Part shown: positions 54,094-64,000 of the stretch, one piece after another
Layout: the number at the start of each line of letters is the position of its first letter
How positions within the stretch are numbered: position 1 is the stretch's first letter
Source: Trichinella spiralis
Lineage: Eukaryota
NCBI RefSeq assembly: GCF_000181795.1
Contig: NW_003526944.1
Span: forward strand, 3,810,596 to 3,874,595
Reading direction: 5' to 3'
DNA length: 64,000 nt
Position numbers and translations under genes: made by a program
Notes under the pieces: model-generated
The model's input: only the letters and a program-made list of their open reading frames with translations
Told to the model about the DNA's origin: nothing
Databases searched by the model: none

Positions 54094-57000
54094 ATCGCAC
54101 TACAAGTTAATATTAAAATATAAATTGAACAAAACAATAATTAAAATATGAAAAATAAAACCGTGTAATACATAATGGTCGCATACTATTACTACTAGTA
54201 CTAGTACTACTACTGCTGCTGATTATGACGATGATGAGAGAAAAACCAGTCGGCAACGACAACGAATCAGTGCCATTTGAATTAATCGGCTGCCGAGCAC
54301 CATCAACCGTAACAACATAAGCATGGCGTTATGCAATCGCGCGCTAACAAGCTGCTTGAACGCCTGGCGCCGGCCAATCGACGCTGACCCAACCAAGAAC
54401 ACTTTTTAGCCCTAGAGAGAGATTTTTCCAAGCATAATCCAAGGACGAGGTCAGAAACGCCGGCCGCGCGTTGAACACACACACACACACTTCAACCTGC
54501 TAAAGCCGTCATTCAACCGGTCATGGACACGCATGCATGCAGGTTTGAAATTCTAAATGGACGATTGGACCAAAAAATGAAATTTTTCCAATGAATAGAA
54601 AAAAATAATAAAAATATTCAATATTCGATCAATACTGATGAACCATGCACAAATTTTCCCAACAAACATGTCAACTTTTGAAAGCAATTCGAAACAAACA
54701 AAAAAAAAATTACTGCCCACGCAAAGGATGGGAATGATTCATCCATCAGTGTAGTAGAATAGAAAAGGTAATAAGGGATGGAAAGCGCAAATAAAAAAAG
54801 AGAAAGAGAGAGAGAACGAAAAATTAAGCAAATCGACCAACAAGCATAAAAAGAGAAAGAGAGAGATGACAGGCAAGAAAAACGATCGTTAAATTTCGCG
54901 CACGGTAGTAGCACCGGCCGAAGAGGGAAAGTGATCAATTTCATCCGACCAACAGAACGATGAATTGGACACAAGTCAACGCAAAAAGCCGACGCTGAGG
55001 AATGAAATCAATTCCCATTCTTGGCAAAAGGATATCCATTTTACACTGCCATTTCCTGCTCTTGCATGCTTAACTCTCTCTGCCTGTCGCTTTCCTCAGC
55101 TCGCTCGCTGTTTAGCGTTGCTTCAACGCGATCGAGAAATTTGAAATAGTCACCAAATAGAAGCGTCATTTTTCGGAACAAAAAGAATTTTCCCCTTTAC
55201 TGACAAATAATACCTACTGCTGCTGCTTCGTAGAAATGGGCCTGAACAAATCCGCAGTCCGCACACTACCGACGTTTTTGAACAAAAAGACAATATATAT
55301 ATATATGTATGTATCTGTCGGCGGTTGAAGTTTTGGCAACTGGAACCGCAGTTGAACAGCAGAATCGATTAATTAATCAACGTAGAACTGGTAAGAAACG
55401 TCGCCGAAGCAATTGCCGGCGTTCTGCCAGCGGCGTGAAAATTATCAAGGTCGTCCAAGCACGACCGGCTCCTGCGTTCAAAAACTGTACAGTACGGTAA
55501 TTTTACCTGAACATTACAAAAGTAAAAAAACTGGGAAACTTCAACGCGCGCGTTTTCAACAGTGGAAAAGAGAATTTTTGCAAAACTCAACAATGTCCAA
55601 CAAAACCCACTTTACGGTGTCGTGGAAGAACAAATTTACTGTCATACTGTAATCAACAGATAATTCAAGTATCGAAGTGACGACGGCTCAATTGACAAGG
55701 GCCAAGGTGCGATTGAACGAAAACGAAACGAACGACACTGTTTGACGAAACAGTCGACAACTATACTTTACAATGAAAACGAATCATTTTTCAGGTTTAC
55801 TTATTGCGAATGTCTTGAACAAACACGACAACAACCTTTGCCGTTGGCCGAAAGTATTTTCAGCAACAGAAAGAAGCTGCGTTGTTGACTTTCCGCTAAG
55901 CTGTAAAAGATGCTAAGCTGGAATTGCCCATTTATTTTTAAGAAAAAAGTTTTTTTCCTTTTTTAAAATAAAGATTAAATTTATATAGAAAAATTATGTA
56001 ACACGGAAAAATGAACACTGCTAATAATAGTCGTGTGAACGCGTCGATAAGTGACAGCGATGCAATATGTTACAACAAAATACATACTAATTCACTGATG
56101 TCAGTTTGATAAGTTATGCTGATAAATTGTTCATTCCCTTAGGAATTGGAAAAGACTAAAAAGAAAGAAAGAAAAATAACATAAATATGATAAACAATTT
56201 TTTAAAAAAAAATATAAGAAATTTATCCACTAAAAACACAAATACCACATTGTTTGCTTCAACAACGAATGCTGAATGTGAAATCACTAGTAGCTTGCAT
56301 GATGAAGAAATGAATAAATAAGCAGCATACAAACTGGTAAGAAAGTAGTAGATGGGGGATGGTTGAATTTGTTTGCAATTCAAGGCCATACCCCCTGAAG
56401 ATGAAACAATTAAAACAAGTCATTGACAACGTTCCATACTTGGACAAAGGGAATAATAAAAATTGGAAAATTAATATATCCACCTTAGCAGAATTATTTA
56501 TGTCAACGGTAGAAAAAAGAGATGACTGTGAAACAAAAAAAAGAGGAATAAATGTCCTTCTTACACGGTCAGGGTGACGACGGTCTACGGGTGTTGGTGA
56601 GAAGAAATTTCACCATGATCAAAATGTATAAAGGCAATTGTTGAAGAAATTTTGTCTGTCTTCAAATTTTCCAGCATCATCTTAAAGCACAGATGGTTGG
56701 TTGTTGGTTGGATCTTGAAGTGAAGAGAGAAGTCGATAAAGATCGCAAGCATTGCACGGCTAGCTTACTTGGCAGCTTTTTCAACGTCTCCGCCGTGTTT
56801 AAACCAACAACAACGATCAGCAGGGCTTTTTCTGTTCCAATGCCGGTCGTCCATCAACTAAAACAACTGTTTATCAGAACGTCGACAACAAATGAAACCG
56901 ATTTCAATCACTTCCACTGAAACACACAAAGAGCAGCAGCGGCAATATTAACGTTAACATCAACGGCAACGCTGGGCAAGCAGAACTGAACAAATTCCAC

Positions 57001-58254
57001 AAACAATTATGATAATGATGGAATTGTTTTTTGAATTATAATTTTCTCTCAAAAATTTCAATTTATCATCCCAATTTCCAAATGCATCGTCGTCAATTTT
57101 TGCTTCGATTGATTAATAAAGCAGAAAAGAATGTTCAGTGGAAAATTACAACAATAAACAAGCATAATTTCGGAAAAATAATTGTTTGAACAATTGTCAT
57201 CAAGCTAGCATCAAGCCAGCTGTTTATTTGCACAATGACATGTCAAGAGAGCGGGCAGGCGGATTGCAAAAGTGCAATTGAAAAAGATTGCAAAAGTTAC
57301 AAACCCGTTTCTGCAAACTCAAGCGTGTAAAGCGGCAAAAACGTCAGCAGCTTATTTCCACACCGACCTACCTGCAAGGAGATGATTTGCATGGAACAAA
57401 AAAAAACTATTCGAGCTTGAATACATTTTTACCAATGAGAAATTCGTCAGTAAATACTTTAATGTCGATAAAATAAACTAATAAGAAAAACATTTACACA
57501 ACGAAGCGGATACTTTTCAGTGAAAACAAAACAAAACAAAATACTGCGCATCTCTCATTTCACACATAACCAGTTTTCACTCAAGAGAATATTTTCAAAT
57601 TCAAATGAAATTAAATATGTGTCATTTGACTTAACCTGATTGTCAAATTATATTTTTCTTTTTTTTGTTTTTTTTAAATATAATTTTTCCACTTTAATAT
57701 TTTCAAAAATAAAAATAAAAATAATTGTTTTTTATAAACTTTTTCAAAAATTCAAATTTGCATTAATGACTGTAACTCAATTACAGTGAACTAATTAATG
57801 GGGAAAAAATGAAAAATTAACCTCAAACAGTGATAAATTTAATTTAAAATTTATCGCATTAAAATTTGTATTTTTTTGACAAAAATTCCATTCCACTATC
57901 ATTGAATGGTGAATGTTTTGGCGAAATGTAGCCTATTTCAGCAAATTAAAGTTACCAAAAAATCAAAAATTCAACTGGTAATATGTCAAATAGAAAAATT
58001 AATTGAAATACGCAAACACAATTGGATTTAGTGCCTTTTTACGTGCAGATTGTCAAAAGTTGTATACAGTAATAAAACTTGAAAATCGAATGGGGAACAT
58101 TTCAGATATTTTTTGTGCCAAAAAACGAACCGTAATGATTGACATGTTGCATGGTACTTTAAAATATAAAGGATTCTGTATAAAATATTATGAATTTCCT
58201 TTTTAATTCATTTACGCTGCTAATTTTGCACATTTTCAGGATATTTATTGTGAA

Positions 58255-59692
58255 ATGTCCGTTCATTCAACGAATGTGATGTTATTCATGAGTGAAGCAA
58301 TAAGGAAACGATACGTCATCGTAAGCAGACGATGAACAAAATGTTTAAAATTTTAGATTAATTATAATTTTTAATATGTAATTTTTAAACATTTGGTCTT
58401 TTTTAACGTGCGATTGCATGCAAAATCGGTTGCGAAAATCGGTTATTATTATCCGCTAATTTGAAAATATTTTCTTTTATCACAGGAAAAAAGCTATGTC
58501 GGGGAAGGAAGTTTCGGAAAAATCTATAAAGCATTGGACACGGAGAATGGTGAAACTGTTGCGTTGAAAGTATCTCGGAGGAGCCCCGGCTCAGAGAATG
58601 AAGTGCACATTTTGCAAAAGTTTATGAGTAATGCTTTTGAAATATTGCAATCATATCCAAGATGAAGTTTTTAAATAATTGTTTTGCCGTTAAAGATTCA
58701 GGCAGCCGACACTGTCCCAAACTATTTTATTCCTCAAAAGACGATATGTATGTTTACATATCGATGGAAATTCTGGGTGTGCCATTGAAAACTTATCGCC
58801 ACAAATCGAAAGGAGGAAAGCTGAGCATGATTTGTGTAAGTCTCATTGCAATACAATGCATTGAGGCACTGCGAGATTTACACGAAGCTGGATATCTGCA
58901 TTTGGACTTGAGCCCGGTAAATTTTTCGTTTATTAACTTTTCAACGGAATAAACACTTTTCTTATTCTTCTGCGTTGGAGGCAAATTTGCTGCTTGGGTT
59001 GGGTTCCGACGCGAACAGAATTTTCTTAATAGATTTTGGGCTGTCCAAAGCGATTACAGATGACTGCTGCTACTTCAAATCGGATCATTTTTTCGGTACT
59101 CAATGTTACGCTTCTATTTCAATGCACAACTTGCAGGTATGTAAAATTTTCCAATCAAACGTCATCTATAGTTACTACTACTTCACACATCGATTACTTG
59201 ATTACTTAATAATTCATGAATACAGGATAAAAGTTTTTAAAAAAAAAGAAAAACATCTTTTTGATAGTGATAGATGTTGTTCTACAAATGAAAAGCATTA
59301 ACAACATCTGTGATCAAATAAATTAATTTTCAGCCAGTAGGTAGAAAAGATGATCTGTTGTCATTACTTTATGTATTGACCGAGCTGCTGACTGGTAGTT
59401 TACCATGGGAAACTGTTCAAAGCAGAAAAGACATCGTGAAAATGAAAATAGAACGGTTTCCGATACTATGCAAATCGTTGCCAGCGCCGATGAGCATGTT
59501 CGGTGAACATCTGAACGAGCTGAAGTAAGATTTTCAACGACATGCATGAATTTCTCAATTTAACTGATTTTTCATTTTTCCAGCTACATGGATAAACCAG
59601 ATTATCAGCTTCTAATTGATGGCTTCACAGAGTGGTTAAAAAGTAAGAAGTTTTCACCAGATTCTCCCTTAGATTTGAAATTAAAAGAATGA
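58255..59692 (+). CDS. Divergent CK1/TTBK-like kinase, copy 2
   Basis: Same exons and motifs as 32263-33688. Confidence 0.85.
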
Positions 59693-59924
59693 AATGGAAA
59701 TTTTGTCAGTCTAAGTGGACCGTGAAATTAACAAAATTGAATATATATAAATACATTTGCTTATATATTTATATTTATCTTACACTATACATATACATTC
59801 ATGAATTGAGGAACAGAATGAATATTTGTAAATTGTGTAATGTGTTTGTTTGTTTTCAATGGGCACAAAAACGATATATCTATACATGCCTGCAAAAATG
59901 GAAAAACGAAACCAATTATCAGTA

Positions 59925-61144
59925 CTACGTTCGGCTTGTTGCTGCAATCGTTTCAAACGAATTCAACACATGCAAAGTGTAGTTGAACAAATTATCCTGC
60001 AACTCTACATCCAAAGCCAACGGCGATGGTTCTGCTTTTTTAAAATTGCTCAAATATCGACCAGTTTCATGTTCCACTTCCGGACTCAACAAACAATAAA
60101 GCGGAGTCTGGGCACCTTCTCTAGCTGTTTTCAGAAAATACCAAAGGAATGGTTTCGAACAGAGGCGAACAATTCGGTTCGTGTTCAACGGCGTGTAACG
60201 CAACAAACGAGTAAAGCAAGCGCCCGGATAGCACACGTTCACTGTTACGGATGCATTGTCCGCTGCCAACCTCTTTGCCAGAGCAAACGCATAAATGGTC
60301 TGAAAATTTTTTGAAAAAATGCATTTTTAAAATGATCGACATTATCATAATGTTCAAAAAACAACGATCGATTATTACCAGTGCAAGTTTACTTCGACTG
60401 TAAGCTTCAAATCGATCCCAACCGTCTCTGGTGTCCACAGTTTTCAAATCCAATTCTGCAGAAGAACAATAGCTTTGGAGGCGCGAGACGAGAAATAAAA
60501 TTCGTGCTCTCGGTGCATCTGTCGCTTTCATCAGTGGAAGCAGCTTTTCCGTCAGAAGTGCATGGCCAAGATAATTCACTTGCCATGTGTATTCGTGGCC
60601 GTTTTCGGTCATCTGAAATTTCGGATAGAACATCACAGCAGCGTTGTTCACCAAACCGTCCAATTTGTGTTCGTGTTGGAAAATCTGATCGGCAAAATTG
60701 CAAACTGATGCAAACGAATGCATACGCAGCCGAATTATCACCATCAGTTGTGGATCACATCCTCGATTGACCAAAGCTTCGAATGCTTTTTCGCCGGTCA
60801 ATTCAGAACGAGAGCCCATGTAAACTTTCGCGCCAAAAACGGGAAAATAAATCAAATTAAGAATAAAAACAAACAAACAACGCTTACCTCGCAGTACTAA
60901 ATCGCACACAATTTCCAACCCTATACCGCTGTCTGCGCCGGTCACAACATAAATTTTTCCATCGCATCGTTCCTGTCCCGCGTATTTCTTCGTTCGTCGA
61001 AGACGACTACAAGGATGTCAGGAAAAAAACAAAAGAAAAAACTACCAAAAAAAGAATATTCATCTCTTACTAGTAAATAATAAAAAATGCAAACAAGAAG
61101 TAAAAAGGATACAGGATCCAAATGGATGTCGTATTCACCTCCAT
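59925..61144 (-). CDS. RDH-like short-chain dehydrogenase/reductase, copy 2
   Basis: Same as 33931-35150, with an L>S change near the C-terminus (NLFE vs NSFE). Confidence 0.9.
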
Positions 61145-61707
61145 TTTCGAACAGCGGCGTCAACAAGCACATGCTACTTTTGCACTTTCTGCAAAACATC
61201 ATGATTACGGTAGATTTTCAAGTATTAATATTTTGAAAGTAAAAAAAAGAAAAACATGTTTTAATGATTTATTCACCTGCGGCAGAACAGCAACTGATCC
61301 TGTCTGAAAATCAAATTTAAGCAAACAAGTACACAATCTTACTATTTTCAAATGCACTTCAAATTAAAGTTTCATTAATACATTCTTATTAAAGGTTGTG
61401 TCGTCGAATTAGATTGCACTGCTTCTTACAGTCGAATTCAAATCTCTCATTTGAATAAGCTATTCAGCGAATGAAAATTGCTTACCAATTGTTCTGTTAG
61501 AAATAAAAAAACGACTTGGCAATGTTTCAAGTAATTAACTGATACTGCATCGTCAATTTGTTCATAGCTGAAAATTTTTTTCCATTTTCAAATAACTGCC
61601 TTTTCTTTTTTCTCTATAATTTTATTTAAAAAAAATCAACAATTAACCAAGTTAAACCTGCAAACAGGCAAACGAAAAAATCCATGAAGCGAACAAATGC
61701 GTAAATT

Positions 61708-64000
61708 TTATGTTTTTCGTACATCTTCTTTCAAAGATACAGTTCGATTGAAGACGAGCTAAAAATTATTCAAAAGAAAAGCAGAAGCTATCATATCATT
61801 GTTTTTGAACAATTTAAATTTAAATTTGAAAAAAGCAAAACAGTAATTCACCTTTGTATCAGTTGAATCTGGATCGACTACGAAAAAGCCAACTCTTTCG
61901 AACTGAAATCGGCTTTCCACTTTGGCGCATCGCCTCAAGCTTTCGTCAATGTAAGCATCGTTGATCACATGCAATGAATCCTGAATGCAAAAAAAAAACA
62001 ATACACACTATGCAAATGGAAGAAGAGAAAAAAAATACACAAAATCATTGCACAACCTTATTAACGTCAGTTAAAAATCCTCCCGGAACTTCGTTCGAAT
62101 CTTCCGGATTTCTGTGATGAAACCTGAAGATCATTTATTTGATCACGTACAAATTTCGCTTTTCCTATTCAACTTACAATCTCTCGTACAAGCGGACTTC
62201 ACAACTGATCGGTTTCGCAACCCAATGGATGAAACATTTTGGTTTGTTCTGTTCAGTCAATTTTTCCACTTTCACAATCAATTCCATATATTCTCCCAGA
62301 TGATTCTGCACATGATAACGACATACACATGTGACCAAATCAATCAATCAAGCAGTAAGATAAGCTACCTTTTTTATTTCTTGCAAAATCATCACAAGAC
62401 CAACATACTTTAAACCAACTGCTTGAGTACTCGTAAAGCGTTTAAAATGTTTATCATCAGCATGCTAAAAATGGAAATTCATCATTATTTAAAATAGTGA
62501 GTTCAAAAAAAATTTTTAAGCAACCTCTTTAAAATCATCAGCTTCGATGAATATTGTAGAATCAAACTGGACATGATGCTTTCCTGTGGATTTATCCGAC
62601 AGAGTGTTGGGAAAGTCTGGCACTTCCACCATTTTTGGCAATTCAACAGGGTTTGCAAATCTTACTTTCAAAGGGTTCAACACTGCCATATGTCTGAAAG
62701 AAAAAAACAATGCAAATATTAATTAAAAAAAAACTCTATTCACATACACACCTCGGAGCGGTTACGTTTAGCACATCTCGAACACAAGCTTCGAGCATCA
62801 TCGGATCAACTGCAGTTAAAGCTGTCGTAAGACCCATCTATAAATTATATAATTTATAAAAGAAAAGAAAATGAATTTTCATTTTTTAAAACAATAAATA
62901 TAAATTCACTTTAGCGACAAAATTGTTTATCGCTTGTGGAGGAAAACCACGTCGTTTCAGAGCTGTGAGTGTAAACAGTCTCGGATCGTCCCAATCGCTG
63001 CAGCAGTTGATAAAATTATTATCATGCTCAATTATCAAAATTAGCATACAACGTTTATTACCGTATAATATTTTCTTGAACTAATTTGATAATTTTCCTT
63101 TTAGATATGACCGCGTAATGGACGTTCAGACGAGCAAATTCCCATTGCACTGGACAATACAAATCCAATGCGTTGCACAACCAATAATAAGAGGATCGTC
63201 TGTAAAAAATTAAAACAACAATTATTATTATTATTCATCAAGCAAACAGTCCTTTTTGATCGTATAATTCAAACCTCGATTGAAACTCTTTCGTGCACAA
63301 AGAATGTGTTATATTTTCAATCGAATCGCACAAACAATGAGTATAATCATAAGTTGGGTAAATACACCTGAAAAATACAGAAAATTTTTAAAAAATATTT
63401 TCACATTAAAAAGCAAACTTTTATAATTTCAAACCATTTATTGCCCGTTCTGTGATGAGGAACGTATTTGATTCTATACGCCACTGGGTCGACTTTTCCT
63501 TCTTCCAAAGTTATTTTCATTCGAAGGGTTGCTGCGCCCTCGTCGAACATACCATTTTTCATATCCTAATCGTTTTGTTTATGTTCAGTTTAAAATAAAA
63601 TTTATGAAAATGGCAATAACGAACTTCGAACAACTTCAAAGACTCGTCAATGGGTCGATCACGCCACGGAGAAGGTGTCGGATTAATACCTTTCACTTCT
63701 TCCGCTTTCTGATGGCAAACGTAGGCATGGCCACGCCTTATCAATTCCAAAGCATATTCGTACAGTTGATCAAAATAATCTGACGAATGCGTCACTTTGT
63801 AAGGTGTATATCCTAAACATAAGCATGTCATAGAAGAAAGATTGTTTTTTTTCACTCATTTCAATGCACATTACAGCAAAATTCAGAAACATCAGAGTAT
63901 GGATCAATTATTTCAGACAATAAATCACCAACTCAAAGGCAAACTTTCGATAACAATACAAAACTTCAAGGTTAAATTAAAAAAATAAATAAATACTTGC
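61708..64000 (-). CDS. qars-1: Glutaminyl-tRNA synthetase, copy 2 (3' half; continues beyond the window)
   Basis: Same 3' exons as copy 1, plus the intact exon [35 protein letters not shown]...[16 protein letters not shown]. Confidence 0.93.

Larger units (their letters stand above)
41228..64000. repeat. Near-identical second copy of about 15408-38000 (offset about 25.8-26.0 kb), starting right after a 10-N gap; probably the alternate haplotype assembled in tandem
   Basis: Same gene order and same introns, with only scattered SNPs, microsatellite length changes and small indels; boundary coincides with a gap. Confidence 0.93.

Noticed and set aside
1..64000. CRISPR arrays, tRNA/rRNA genes, transposons or prokaryotic defence systems
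   Set aside because: The DNA is intron-rich eukaryotic sequence. I saw no repeat-spacer arrays, terminal inverted repeats, transposase/RT ORFs or structural RNA signatures by eye; a covariance-model search would be needed to exclude small ncRNAs.

Overview
This is AT-rich eukaryotic DNA with many short GT-AG introns and TTTTCAG-like acceptors. It reads as a nematode draft assembly; a clade I parasite such as Trichinella is my inference, not proven. I assembled these spliced genes by hand: an uncharacterised 217-aa ORF (+), a BMP5/6/7/8-type TGF-beta ligand (-), CNEP1R1/TMEM188 (-), a MAX-2-like PAK kinase (+), an L1CAM/neuroglian sax-7 orthologue (-; 6 Ig, 5 FnIII, TM, FIGQY, C-terminal STFV), a divergent CK1/TTBK-like kinase (+), an RDH-like SDR (-), glutaminyl-tRNA synthetase (-) and the 3' end of spe-39/VIPAS39 (-). 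From 41228 to the window end the sequence is a near-identical second copy of about 15408-38000. It is most likely the other haplotype, scaffolded in tandem across a gap. A smaller overlap artefact lies at about 12760-15660. No RNA genes, CRISPR arrays or transposons were recognised. I found no clear-cut new biological system. The best leads are: (1) a BMP ligand with Tyr in place of the dimer-forming cysteine, next to the CTDNEP1 regulatory subunit; (2) a candidate 36/39-nt L1CAM cassette exon whose 5' splice site sits in a hairpin, with STAR- and RBFOX-type motifs downstream; (3) a candidate GT-TG intron in the SDR; (4) a CK1-like kinase with an HLDLSPAN catalytic loop.
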